A stretch of DNA of 64,000 nt from Rhizomicrobium sp. (GTDB lineage Bacteria > Pseudomonadota > Alphaproteobacteria > Micropepsales > Micropepsaceae): assembly GCA_036269235.1 (NCBI GenBank), contig DATASL010000018.1, positions 82,440 through 146,439 on the forward strand, read 5' to 3'. A program made the position numbers and the translations under genes. This document shows, piece after piece, positions 29,229 through 39,157 of this stretch. The notes under the pieces are model-generated. The model was not told the origin of the DNA, did not search any database, and worked only from the letters and a program-made list of their open reading frames with translations. Each line of letters opens with the position of its first letter. The first letter of the stretch is position 1.

Positions 29229-29504
29229 TTACGCGCGGGCGGTTGTCGGATCGATCGTCTTTGAAACTTCGGTGATTTTTGTCGCCGGAAACCCGCTCAA
29301 TTCGGCATGCCTGCGGATGATTGCCTCATCCTTTGCAAGATAGACGCAGAACGTCTTATCGGCTGCCACATAGCTCTCGACCCACTGAATATCCGGCGCG
29401 AGTTCGGCAAGCACACCATTCGATTTTTGCGCGGCCGCCCGCAATGCATCGCGCTCGGCACTGCCGATCTGGGGAATATCGCGTTCAATAATAAAACGAC
29501 GCAT
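29229..29504 (-). CDS. DUF4242 domain protein
   Basis: MRRFIIERDIP..IQWVESYV..KTFCVYLA..IRRHAELSGFPA; SD AGGAG. Confidence 0.85.
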   Translation of the reverse strand: MRRFIIERDIPQIGSAERDALRAAAQKSNGVLAELAPDIQWVESYVAADKTFCVYLAKDEAIIRRHAELSGFPATKITEVSKTIDPTTARA

Positions 29505-29562
29505 GATGTCTCTCCTTTTATTGCGCAATACCTACAACGACGCTCGCTTGCCAACAAGCCGG

Positions 29563-30213
29563 CTAGCCATGCGGCAGTAGAAAGCCCGCACCATCGGCAA
29601 TCCAGTGCGCAAGCATATTGGCCCAGAGATTCCCCCGCCAAAGATAGAGGAGCGTCAGCAACACACCGCCATATCCGGCAATGATCAACTGAGCCGGCCC
29701 CCAACTCCCCAGATGGGCATAAGTGAACGCAGCCCAGGTGACGATGGCGACCAGCGCGCGGCTCCCTGTGAGTTCATTCAGCCGTTCGATCGGATATCCC
29801 CTGAATAGAAGTTCTTCGGCGACTGCCGCGCGTGAGACCAGCAGAACGCGATACCAGTAGGGCGTGTCCATAAGGGATTTCATCTGGCCGGTATTCATCT
29901 TCAGATGCAGCAGAGGAAACAGTACCTGATAAATTACAATAATCCCTGCAACCATGAAAATCCCGGCAATCACAGCCAGTATCAGATCGAGAATTTTTGG
30001 CCTTCGAAATCCGATGGACGAGAAAGGGCGCCGCTCGACGAAGGCCACATAGATAAGCGTAACAACGACGAGTACCCACCAGAAGAATTCGCGGCCAAGC
30101 GGCAGGCCAAGCCCGCTATAGGCAATTCCCCATCGACCCAGCGGCAGAAATGTCGCCACGCAGAGCGTGAGCAATAGTCCGATAATAATCTGCGGATAAC
30201 GCGTGCCGGTCAT
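29563..30213 (-). CDS. CPBP (CAAX/Abi) intramembrane metalloprotease
   Basis: EELLFRGY, FTYAH, LAHWIAD; ATGA overlap with the DUF1272 gene. Confidence 0.88.
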   Translation of the reverse strand: MTGTRYPQIIIGLLLTLCVATFLPLGRWGIAYSGLGLPLGREFFWWVLVVVTLIYVAFVERRPFSSIGFRRPKILDLILAVIAGIFMVAGIIVIYQVLFPLLHLKMNTGQMKSLMDTPYWYRVLLVSRAAVAEELLFRGYPIERLNELTGSRALVAIVTWAAFTYAHLGSWGPAQLIIAGYGGVLLTLLYLWRGNLWANMLAHWIADGAGFLLPHG

Positions 30214-30404
30214 TGTGGATTGCTCTTCGCAATGCGGCGGGGCCGTTGGACAAGGTCGCCGCCGCAATTGGGGCAGCAATTGCCCATGCTCTCCGCACAA
30301 TGGCCGCAAAACGTGCATTCGTAGGAACATATTCGCGCGCCACCCTCGGCCATCGGCAGCGCATCGCCGCAACGCTCGCACCTCTGTTTCATCTCAAGCG
30401 GCAT
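30210..30404 (-). CDS. DUF1272 Cys-rich protein
   Basis: LEMKQRCERC..ARICSYECTFCGHC..CPNCGGDLVQRPRR; SD GAGG. Confidence 0.88.
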   Translation of the reverse strand: MPLEMKQRCERCGDALPMAEGGARICSYECTFCGHCAESMGNCCPNCGGDLVQRPRRIAKSNPQ

Positions 30405-30414
30405 GGTCTCTTCC

Positions 30415-31305
30415 TCAGGGTTCGGCGCTGATTTCCGCCACCAGAATATCCGCAAAAGCGCGCACCACACGCGGCAGGCGCCGCTTGCGCAACACGATAA
30501 CGTCAAGTGTCGTGTCGCGAAACGCCGGATCGGCAAATGGCAGCATCTGCATTTCCCCTGCCCGTGCCTGCCGGGCGACCGCGCGCATTGGAAGGACAGC
30601 GGCACCGGCGCCGCAACGGACGAAATCCCGAAGTGTCTCGAACACATTGCTCGACAGCACCGGCGAAATCTGGACCCCTTCACGTGAGCAGGCACGATCG
30701 AGTATCCGCCGCACCCCGAAACTGGTGTCTGGTACCCCCACTCGCCACCCGGCGAGCGAGCGCAGATCAACGGGAGAAGTTCCGCGATGTGCGGCGGGGA
30801 CAGCCAGCACGATCGGCTCGGCGATACGCGCAAGAACGGCGAGTTCCGGGGCAGGATCGGCGCAGAACGCCACTCCGACGTCGCACCGGTCGTTTATCAC
30901 CGCGTCGATAACAGCCGGCGCAGGCAAAAGCCGCAGATCGAAAGAGACTGCGCCGTACTTACCGATGAACTTTGCGACCGCTCTGATCGGTCCGTAGGAT
31001 GCCACGCTTTCGACCAGCACAAGCCGCAACAGCCGCCGCTGCGTGCCACGCATGTCGTCGAGATCGGAACGAAGCGAGTCGTAGTCAAGCAGCACCCCGC
31101 GCGCATAGTCGGCAACCAGCTGGCCCGCATGGGTCAGCGTAACGCCCGCTGCGCTCCGGGCAAGGAGCTGCGTGCCCATTTCCCGCTCCAGCAGCGCGAT
31201 GCTGCGACTGACCGAGGAAGGCGCCACACCCAGAGTCTCGCTCGCCTTTCGGATCGAACCAGCGCGCGCGGCCTCATCGAAAGCGCGCAGGAGCATATTG
31301 GACAT
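30415..31305 (-). CDS. LysR family transcriptional regulator
   Basis: HTH GSIRKASETLGVAPSSVSRSIALLE..G..L..R..LT.AG; substrate-binding domain. Confidence 0.92.
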   Translation of the reverse strand: MSNMLLRAFDEAARAGSIRKASETLGVAPSSVSRSIALLEREMGTQLLARSAAGVTLTHAGQLVADYARGVLLDYDSLRSDLDDMRGTQRRLLRLVLVESVASYGPIRAVAKFIGKYGAVSFDLRLLPAPAVIDAVINDRCDVGVAFCADPAPELAVLARIAEPIVLAVPAAHRGTSPVDLRSLAGWRVGVPDTSFGVRRILDRACSREGVQISPVLSSNVFETLRDFVRCGAGAAVLPMRAVARQARAGEMQMLPFADPAFRDTTLDVIVLRKRRLPRVVRAFADILVAEISAEP

Positions 31306-31330
31306 CGCCCTCTCCTTCCGGGCTCCAGCA

Positions 31331-31349
31331 TGTTGCGGATTGCGCAACA
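31331..31349. promoter_or_regulatory. LysR-type recognition site (T-N11-A dyad)
   Basis: TGTTGCG-GATTG-CGCAACA, 7-bp arms, T31334-N11-A31346, between divergent lysR and cocE-like genes. Confidence 0.65.
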
Positions 31350-31436
31350 CGGCAATCACCAAATCGGGCTGTTCGGTTCGCGGCACAAACCCGCATCATG
31401 TGCGGACCAGAGCGGGTTAATCGGGGTTCCTAAAAA

Positions 31437-33734
31437 ATGCGCAAATGGCTGGCAGCGATCGTCATATGTTTTGCTACCGGAGCTTCGGCGGCGGAGCCTT
31501 TAATTCCATTCGTTATGCCGGCAAATGGCGATCACGCCGTACAGGCGCGGGCGGTGTCGCAATTGGCCGGTACCCTTCTCGCCTCTTATCACGACGCCGA
31601 TCGGCCGACCTATCTCGACAATCTGTTTCGGCTGCAGCTGGCGGCGGGTCGTTACGACGACGCGATAAAAACGATCGGGGCGCTCCGCCTCCTGCCCGAT
31701 CCGCTGGATCCACCACAGGACCGCGCGCGCGATGTGCAGTATGAAATACTTGCCCGGGCTGAAGTGCGCATGCGGCACGATGGCTCGCTGCTGGCGAACG
31801 CCTTCAATGCCGAATTTCGCGCGGTCGTTCATCCGCTCGACAACCGGACATCTGCACTTGTCATGCGCCTGTTCAACGGAGAAGAAACGGGAGGACTGAG
31901 CCTCATTATCGATCAGGCAGCCCTGCGCAAAAGTCTCGCGCAGCTGACGAAAAAACAGGCCGGAAAGAAAACGATCAACCAGACTGATGCGCTTGCGCTC
32001 GTCCGCGCCTGGCAGGTCGAAGACTCCTACAGAACCTTCATGCCCTTTGCAGCGCCACTCGTGAACGAGGAGGACAATCGCCGCTATATCGTTGTGAAGG
32101 ACGTCCCGGTGCACACCCCCGATGGCGCGACTGTCTGCGCCCAGATCATGCGGCCGCGCACCAGCAAACCCCTCCCGGCACTTCTTGAATTCACCGTCTA
32201 TGCCGATCGGCCGACGACACTAAGCGAAGAGCGCCGCTCGGCATCGAACGACTACGTTGGCATTACCGGATTTACCCGCGGCAAGATGTGCAGTCCCGAT
32301 GAACCGGTACCGCTCGAACATGATGGCGCCGATGCGACGGCGCTGATCGACTGGATCGCAAAACAGCCCTGGAGCGATGGCCGCGTTGGAATGTTTGGCG
32401 GCAGCTATGACGGCTTCACCCAATGGGCCACAGCGAAACATATGCCGGTAGCGCTGAAAGCTCTCATGCCTTCCGTGGCGATGGCGCCAGGCATCGACAT
32501 GCCGATGGAAGGGAGCGTCCATCTGAGTTTCAATTTCTATTGGCCGCTTTATGTCGCGAGCGATCACTTATTGAACGGCAGCGCTTTCGAAGACAGCGAC
32601 CGGTGGGACAGGCTTTTTCACGACTGGTATGTCAGCGGCCGCGCCTATCGTGATCTTTCCAGCATCGCCAACACACCAAACCCCATCTGGGACCGGTGGA
32701 TCTCCCATCCCGATTATGACGCCTATTGGCAGGCCATGATTCCCTATGAATCGGAGTTCTCCCGCATCAACATCCCGGTGCTGGCGACGACTGGCTACTA
32801 TGACGGCGCGCAACTCGGCGCCCTCTATTTTTTCGGCCAGCTTCCCGCGAACTCGGAACATTATCTGGTGATCGGTCCCTATACACATATCACAGGACAG
32901 CGCGGCACGGTGGATGTGCTTGGCGACGAGCTCGATGCACTACCCGGCTATAAGCTCGATCCCGCGGCAGGGATTGATATGGGGGCACTGCGTTACCAAT
33001 GGTTCGACTATGTCTTCGGCCGCGGACCGAAACCGGCCATCTTGCAGGACAGGGTTAACTACGAAGTGATGGGTGCGAATGTCTGGCGGCATGCCCCGTC
33101 ATTCGCTGCGATGGGAAACAGAACACTTCGCTTTCATCTGGCTCCGCAAAAAGCCGCCAATGCCTATCTGTTGACCGAGGAAAAGCCCTTACGTGATGCA
33201 GTCATCGACCAGAAAGTGGATCTTGCCGACCGGACGGACGTGAACCGGGCCGCCGTGGTAGGAAAAACACTTGATGCCGCATTGGATACATGGCTGAGCT
33301 GCGAATTCGTCAGCGCCCCGTTCGACAAGCCCATGGAATTCAGCGGGCTTTTTTCCGGAACGCTGCGTTTTGTCACCAACAAAAAGGATTTCGATTTCGC
33401 AGTTCAGCTATACGAACTGACACCAGACCACAAATATCTGCAGCTCTCATGGTTTCTCGCACGCGCCAGCTACGTCGCAGATCGCAGCCACCGCCATCTG
33501 CTGGAACCCGGCGTGCCGCAGCAGCTGACATTTCGAAGCGGAAGGCTGATCAGCAGGAAATTCGTGAAAGGAAGCCGTCTCGTCGTATTGCTAGCGGCCG
33601 TGCGCCAACCAAATACCGAAATCAATTATGGCACCGGAAAAGAGGTTGGCCTCGAGACCGCCGCAGATGCCGGCGGCGATCTCGATATCAAATGGTCAAA
33701 CAGCAGCGCAATCGACATCCCTGTCCGCGAATGA
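31437..33734 (+). CDS. CocE/NonD family hydrolase, secreted
   Basis: Signal peptide; IDWIAKQPWSDGRVGMFGGSYDG, GYYD, IGPYTH. Confidence 0.9.
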   Translation: MRKWLAAIVICFATGASAAEPLIPFVMPANGDHAVQARAVSQLAGTLLASYHDADRPTYLDNLFRLQLAAGRYDDAIKTIGALRLLPDPLDPPQDRARDVQYEILARAEVRMRHDGSLLANAFNAEFRAVVHPLDNRTSALVMRLFNGEETGGLSLIIDQAALRKSLAQLTKKQAGKKTINQTDALALVRAWQVEDSYRTFMPFAAPLVNEEDNRRYIVVKDVPVHTPDGATVCAQIMRPRTSKPLPALLEFTVYADRPTTLSEERRSASNDYVGITGFTRGKMCSPDEPVPLEHDGADATALIDWIAKQPWSDGRVGMFGGSYDGFTQWATAKHMPVALKALMPSVAMAPGIDMPMEGSVHLSFNFYWPLYVASDHLLNGSAFEDSDRWDRLFHDWYVSGRAYRDLSSIANTPNPIWDRWISHPDYDAYWQAMIPYESEFSRINIPVLATTGYYDGAQLGALYFFGQLPANSEHYLVIGPYTHITGQRGTVDVLGDELDALPGYKLDPAAGIDMGALRYQWFDYVFGRGPKPAILQDRVNYEVMGANVWRHAPSFAAMGNRTLRFHLAPQKAANAYLLTEEKPLRDAVIDQKVDLADRTDVNRAAVVGKTLDAALDTWLSCEFVSAPFDKPMEFSGLFSGTLRFVTNKKDFDFAVQLYELTPDHKYLQLSWFLARASYVADRSHRHLLEPGVPQQLTFRSGRLISRKFVKGSRLVVLLAAVRQPNTEINYGTGKEVGLETAADAGGDLDIKWSNSSAIDIPVRE

Positions 33735-33771
33735 AGACCGCGAGGGGCGCCCGAATTCCTGCCTTGAAGTT

Positions 33772-34581
33772 TCAATCCGCCTTCATCAATCCGTTCAGGC
33801 CAACCGATGCCAGTGCCCCCTCAAAAAACGGCTGCGAACGGCCGTCGCTCAGGAAGGCTTGCGCAAGCTCATGCGTGTGCCCGAGCGACGCCTTGGCCAA
33901 ACCGGCACCGGCGCTCAGGCGCCGCACACCCAGTTCGCTTAACCGCGAAGCACCAGGAAGCCCGGGCCACGCCAGAACGTTAAGGGGTAGCCCCACTTCG
34001 CGCACGAGATTGGCGATCGTCATCTCGTCCACTGCGCCTGGAGCAAAGATGGAACTGGCGCCGACTTCGCGATAAAGCCGTGCGCGGCGCGCCGTCTCGT
34101 CATAAGCAGCCTGTCCTTCGGCAAGCTTGTGCAAATAAACATCAACCCGCGCATTGATCCAGAGATCCACACCGGATTTGGTCGCAGCCTGGCGCACCTC
34201 TCCGATCTTGGCGCAGAGCATGTCCGGAGAATCCAGACCATCTTCAATGTTCACGCCCACCGCACCGGCCTCGATAATGCGCAGAGCGAAATCGGCGGCT
34301 GCCCGCGGATCTTTGCTATAACCGGCCTCGATGTCGGCGGTTACGGGAATGCTTACTACACGTGCGATCTCGCGGACCGTCGCTACCAATATGTCCGGCG
34401 GGATCGCTTCGCCATCCGGGAAGCCATGCGACCACGCAACAGCCGCGCTGGAGGTGGCAACGGCCTTCGCGCCGGCATGTTCGACGACCCGTGCGCTGCC
34501 GGCGTCCCAGGCGTTGGGAAGAATTAGCAGCCCTTCATTGTGCAGGGCATGAAAGACCTGCGCATGCGAATTTGTAGTCAC
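33772..34581 (-). CDS. Isocitrate lyase/PEP mutase family protein
   Basis: LPNAWDAGSAR, ATSSAAVA, PVTADIEAGY, GVNIEDG, INARVD; GTGA overlap with ogt. Confidence 0.88.
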   Translation of the reverse strand: MTTNSHAQVFHALHNEGLLILPNAWDAGSARVVEHAGAKAVATSSAAVAWSHGFPDGEAIPPDILVATVREIARVVSIPVTADIEAGYSKDPRAAADFALRIIEAGAVGVNIEDGLDSPDMLCAKIGEVRQAATKSGVDLWINARVDVYLHKLAEGQAAYDETARRARLYREVGASSIFAPGAVDEMTIANLVREVGLPLNVLAWPGLPGASRLSELGVRRLSAGAGLAKASLGHTHELAQAFLSDGRSQPFFEGALASVGLNGLMKAD

Positions 34582-35123
34582 GCCGAATCCTCCAGTTTGA
34601 ACTGCGCGCCGCAATGGCGCGCCTCGTGTTCAAGCAACCATTTCTTGCGCGGCAGTCCCCCGCCATAGCCTGTGAGAGATCCGTTGCTGCCGATCACACG
34701 ATGGCAGGGAACGACAAGGCTGATCGGGTTGGAGCCGTTTGCCAGTCCTACCGCGCGAACCGCCAGTGGCTCACCAATCTTTTTCGCCAGCGCGCCATAA
34801 CTCGTAGTCCCGCCAATGGGAATCCGGCACAGCGCCTTCCACACCCTGTTCTGGAACGGCGTGCCGTCAAATACAACGGGAACGCGATCGAACGCTTCCA
34901 TATCGCCGTCGAAATAGGCTTTCAGATTCGAAGAATGTCCGGATGGGTCGCGCGCGGCCGCAAGCCTGGCGCCCGGATAGCGCCGCTCGAACTCCCGCCG
35001 CCAGCGGTCATCGCCGTCGTCGAAGTACAAAATCCGCATCGCTCCGTCCCGGCCCACAACGATCACCACGTCGCCAATCGGCGAGGCGATATGGTCGAAG
35101 TAACAAATTTCATGCCCGGCCAT
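34578..35123 (-). CDS. ogt: Methylated-DNA--protein-cysteine methyltransferase
   Basis: GTPFQNRVW..IP.G.T.SYG..RAVGLANGSNP..VPCHRVIG..GYGGG. Confidence 0.93.
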   Translation of the reverse strand: MAGHEICYFDHIASPIGDVVIVVGRDGAMRILYFDDGDDRWRREFERRYPGARLAAARDPSGHSSNLKAYFDGDMEAFDRVPVVFDGTPFQNRVWKALCRIPIGGTTSYGALAKKIGEPLAVRAVGLANGSNPISLVVPCHRVIGSNGSLTGYGGGLPRKKWLLEHEARHCGAQFKLEDSA

Positions 35124-36600
35124 CGGCAATACTCCTCGTATCCACATCCGCCGTCCAAAGGTGTTGCGCGGCATAGGCGCGCCATGGGCGCCAGGCCTCG
35201 GCGCGCTCGGTTAGCGCTTTCGACGTGAGCCGCTTCCCGTCGATGGTCATCGCGCGCAGCAAACCTGCATCCGCGGCCGGAAAGGCATCGCTGTCGCGCA
35301 AGGCCCGCAACGCCCAGTATTGCGCAGTCCATTCACCGAATCCGGGCAGCGCCAGAAGACGCGTGAGAACATCGTCGGGCGCGCCGCCTGGTTCGAAGAG
35401 CTTCGGTTCGGACAGAGCGGCACGCGCAAGGGATTGCAGCGCGGTTATGCGCGCACGCGGCATTCCGAAACTGGTGAAATCCGCATCGGCAATCTGCTCC
35501 GCATTCGGAAACACATGCGTCAGCGCATCATGCCCTGTAGTCTCGCGCGCGACCGGCGTTCCGGCCAGACGCGTAAGCTTTGCTGCCAGAGCCTTCGCGC
35601 CGGAGACAGTTATTTGCTGGCCGAGAATGGCACGTACCGCATATTCGAACGGATCCCAGGCTCCCGGGGTGCGCAATCCGGGCCGCCGGGCGATCAGTGG
35701 CGCGAGCCCTGCGTCCCTCGCGAGGTGGGAGCCGATCGCATCCACATCCGCATCAAGATCGAACATTCGACGCAGCCTTCCAACCACGGACAGCAACGCA
35801 CGCAATTGCGGCAGTCGGATCGACGCCACGAGACAATTCACGCCTGGTCCAATCTCAATACTTCCGATCGCACCATCGACAGCGATAGTGCGTCTGTAAC
35901 GGCCCCGCTCGACCTGTTCCACGCCCGCAATGGCGCGTTCGGCAAAGAAAGCCAGGATCGAATCCCAGTCATAGGGCGGCCGATAACCGAGGCGCAGTTT
36001 CACCAGTGACGGCTCGGCGCCCGGCTTTTTGGCCAGGCGCAGATCGCGCGGCGCGCGCCCGTAAAGCTTCCGGAATGCATCGTTGAAGCGGCGGACGCTG
36101 CCGAAGCCGGACGCTTCCGCAATCTCGGCCATCGACAGCCGCGTCTCCTGGATCAACTGCTTCGCAAACAGAATTCGTCGTGTTTGCGCGACGGCAATCG
36201 GCGGCACGCCCAGATGCCTGTCGAAGAGACGGCGCAACTGGCGCTCGCCAAGACCGAGCCTGTCGGCAAGCGCAACAAGGCTGGCTTCGCTGCCGTCAAG
36301 TGCGCCTTCGGCGATCAGCGCCAAAGCACGCGACACGCTGTTCGAAGTGCCGCGCCAGGCTGCGGCGTCCGGAGAGATTTCCGGCCGGCAGCGCAGGCAC
36401 GGCCGGAAACCGGCGGTCTGAGCCGCCGCTGCGCTGGGAAAAAAACGACAATTTTCCCGCTTGGGCGTGCGCGCAGGACAGATCGGGCGGCAATAGATGC
36501 CGGTCGTCTTGACCCCGACGAACAGACGCCCGTCAAAACGCCCATCGCGGGCGGACAGCGCCCTGTAACACACATCGTCAGCTTGCAGCGTGATGTTCAT
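35110..36600 (-). CDS. alkA: Ada metal-binding/AraC-AlkA fusion (DNA-3-methyladenine glycosylase II)
   Basis: TTGIYCRPICPA..GFRPCLRCRP (Ada zinc site), AraC HTH, AlkA_N, HhH LPGFGEWTA, WRPWRAYA. Confidence 0.92.
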   Translation of the reverse strand: MNITLQADDVCYRALSARDGRFDGRLFVGVKTTGIYCRPICPARTPKRENCRFFPSAAAAQTAGFRPCLRCRPEISPDAAAWRGTSNSVSRALALIAEGALDGSEASLVALADRLGLGERQLRRLFDRHLGVPPIAVAQTRRILFAKQLIQETRLSMAEIAEASGFGSVRRFNDAFRKLYGRAPRDLRLAKKPGAEPSLVKLRLGYRPPYDWDSILAFFAERAIAGVEQVERGRYRRTIAVDGAIGSIEIGPGVNCLVASIRLPQLRALLSVVGRLRRMFDLDADVDAIGSHLARDAGLAPLIARRPGLRTPGAWDPFEYAVRAILGQQITVSGAKALAAKLTRLAGTPVARETTGHDALTHVFPNAEQIADADFTSFGMPRARITALQSLARAALSEPKLFEPGGAPDDVLTRLLALPGFGEWTAQYWALRALRDSDAFPAADAGLLRAMTIDGKRLTSKALTERAEAWRPWRAYAAQHLWTADVDTRSIADGRA

Positions 36601-36716
36601 GACCCCGAATATGGGGCGTGGAGCGACAATTGTCTGGCCATTTTCGGACATGGTCGTCGCGCCCCGTCCGGATGCGGCCGAAGGCACTCCAAGGGAAGCG
36701 CCTACGCAACGATCCC

Positions 36717-38294
36717 CTAGTCGCCGGCGAGCGCATGGTCCTCGTCGTGCATTGCCTGCGATTTGTTCGCGTGCGGAAATGGCAGATCGGGTGCCGGAAC
36801 ACCGAGAAACGCACACAGTTCCGGCCAGCCCTGACCTTCGAAGACATTCAGTTCCAGAAGGCGTCCCGGCGCCTTATCGGAAAAAAAGCCGCGCACGCGT
36901 CCGTCATACGTCAGATACGCATCAGAAAGACTGTGAGCATTCAGATACAAGCCAAAATGCGCGGCAGCCGATGAAAACCCGTAATGGCTGTCATTCCGGC
37001 CAAAATATGACTGTATCTCTTTGAAGCTTCGTGCCCAATTGTACCGTGCGTGGTGGTTCTCAAATGAACTTCGCCAGGATTCAAAGGGGCGCTGTGTCCA
37101 GATGAATCGTGCGTTGGGATAGAGATAGTACAATTTTTCGAAATCCTGCGCCACGCTTATGTCCGACGACGCGCCGAACAGAAAGATGTCATTCTCCGAA
37201 AGCACTTCACAGGTGAGCGGATTGGTCCAGTGGGCCGAATCGACGCCAAGCTGCATCAGGGCCGCGTGAAGAGAGGTCGTGCCCGTCTTGGTCAATCCGA
37301 TGCCGAACACCTTGGGTTCGAGGAAGATTTCGCGGCGGGGCTTCCCGAGTCTTTCGCGAATACGACGAAGGAATAAATAATTTGGTGTCCGATCGAGACC
37401 TATGCCCGTGGCATCGACCCGAGAGCAGAAATCGGCCACTCGTCCAAGCGCAAGCAGGATACACAGTTCCAATTCCCTGGTTTCCGGTGAATCCTGATCC
37501 GATTGTTGCAGCCGCTGCACGCGATCAAGCAGAATTTCCCAAAGCGCCCCGCGTGAGCCGCGCTCGATCAACACAGGAATGTGCCGGAAGCATGACGTCA
37601 TGAAACCGAACGATTGTGCCGTAGCAACGCAATGGCGGAGCAACTCCGCCGCTTCGCTGTTGGCTTCAATCATGCCATACAGCGAAAGAGCCCACATATT
37701 CATGTTTTCGTCGCCGGCCGTCAGCAGCCGATCGCGAATGTCCCCCGCCAGTGCTTCGCGCTCTTCCCGGGTCATACCGATATTACGGCGGGCTTCGATG
37801 GCCGCGCGGATCCGCATCGCGTGAAGCTCGGGGGCATCGGGACGTTCGCGGACTAACTGTTCCCACATCGCGTGCGATTGTTCCGCGTCGCCCACCCGAA
37901 GCAACAGTTTCGCAATCGCCGGTGTCGCCACTTCGCCGTCGATGCCGCGCCAGGATGAAATCACCTGCAGTGCAAGCGATCGATCGTTCCGGCGCAGGGC
38001 GATATCTGCCAGGTCGGCGATGGCCGTGGCGCTCCCAGTACCCTCGCGCAAAAGAGCCACGAGGATGTTTTCTGCTTCGTCAAACTGCCCGTTTCGGGCA
38101 AGCGCACGAGCACGACGCTCGAGCCATTTGGAATGGGGCCCGAATTTTTCCATGCATTTGGACCATCGCCGTTGCGCCTCGTCCCATTTCTTTTGGACCA
38201 TCGCTTCATGCGCCCACTTCACCCAATCGCGCATGCTTCCAGCGGCAGGAGGATCAGAGGCCTCCGCAGCAGGACTATGCGGCGCCTCCTTCAT
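36717..38294 (-). CDS. TPR protein with C-terminal sulfotransferase domain
   Basis: N-terminal TPR-like helices; 5'-PSB KVFGIGLTKTGTTSLHAAL, YPNARFIWTQR..W..S, GWPELCAFLG..PFPHAN; ATGA overlap and SD GGAG support start 38294. Confidence 0.85.
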   Translation of the reverse strand: MKEAPHSPAAEASDPPAAGSMRDWVKWAHEAMVQKKWDEAQRRWSKCMEKFGPHSKWLERRARALARNGQFDEAENILVALLREGTGSATAIADLADIALRRNDRSLALQVISSWRGIDGEVATPAIAKLLLRVGDAEQSHAMWEQLVRERPDAPELHAMRIRAAIEARRNIGMTREEREALAGDIRDRLLTAGDENMNMWALSLYGMIEANSEAAELLRHCVATAQSFGFMTSCFRHIPVLIERGSRGALWEILLDRVQRLQQSDQDSPETRELELCILLALGRVADFCSRVDATGIGLDRTPNYLFLRRIRERLGKPRREIFLEPKVFGIGLTKTGTTSLHAALMQLGVDSAHWTNPLTCEVLSENDIFLFGASSDISVAQDFEKLYYLYPNARFIWTQRPFESWRSSFENHHARYNWARSFKEIQSYFGRNDSHYGFSSAAAHFGLYLNAHSLSDAYLTYDGRVRGFFSDKAPGRLLELNVFEGQGWPELCAFLGVPAPDLPFPHANKSQAMHDEDHALAGD

Positions 38295-39157
38295 CGCTCC
38301 GCCCATCGCGATTTGAATGCGCCGATCTCATCAGGATTGTAGAAACAATCCATTATGGGGTGGCGGTAGATCTTGTCGAGCCAGGCGAGCGGCAGCCGGA
38401 ATCGTTCGCGGACGTCCCCATGAAGCTGTTGTGATCGCCGATTGGCAGCCACGTTGTTGCTGGGAAAGGCACTCATCTGCGTGTCCAGAAATTCGCAGGC
38501 CGCCGACAAAAGCGCCGGATACGCGGCAGCCCCGGGTCGCATGTCCTCGACCCGATAAAGCAGCACGCGGGCATTGTCTTCCACGACGACGCGCGCGCCC
38601 TGATCAACCTTAAATGGCTTCTTCCCCACATCTACGTTCAGGCTTTGCGCCAATTCAATTTCGAACCACCTCGCATAGATGCCGGTCACATACCATGCGA
38701 GCCATGCGAACGTATCGTCGGGTTCCTCATCTTCGATCACCTTGCGCCAGACGTCACGAAGGGTAGCGGCAACGTAATCAGCTTCAATTACAGACCTGGG
38801 ATGGAGCGGCTCCGACGTATGCCCATAAAAATCCGCCATGAACGTCAGCCACGAGATCGAACGCGCCACAGGATCGCGCATCCCCGAAATCACGCGTATG
38901 TCCTCGCCACGGGCAAGCGCCGCCGACAACTGTTCGCGCGCTCTATTTCCCGATCGAAACGCGTTTCGCGGCAGCAGCATGTTGGCAATCGTCTGCCGCT
39001 TCGCAAACGGATTCAATGCCGAGGCGATGTGGTTGATGTTGTCCTGCTGAATAAAATGAACATGATGCGGCGTGCCGCCCTGGCTGGCGGCAGGAGGACG
39101 CGCCGCTTCCGCCCAGCTCATCGACGCCACTTTCGCCATCTGGTAGACGAGTATCAC
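38291..39157 (-). CDS. Sulfotransferase-like protein (NKWYS / putative capsular polysaccharide synthesis family)
   Basis: LVYQMAKVASMS (5'-PSB-like), ISGMRDPVARSIS (3'-PB-like), LLYRVED, FY..EI..F..RW. Confidence 0.7.
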   Translation of the reverse strand: MILVYQMAKVASMSWAEAARPPAASQGGTPHHVHFIQQDNINHIASALNPFAKRQTIANMLLPRNAFRSGNRAREQLSAALARGEDIRVISGMRDPVARSISWLTFMADFYGHTSEPLHPRSVIEADYVAATLRDVWRKVIEDEEPDDTFAWLAWYVTGIYARWFEIELAQSLNVDVGKKPFKVDQGARVVVEDNARVLLYRVEDMRPGAAAYPALLSAACEFLDTQMSAFPSNNVAANRRSQQLHGDVRERFRLPLAWLDKIYRHPIMDCFYNPDEIGAFKSRWAER

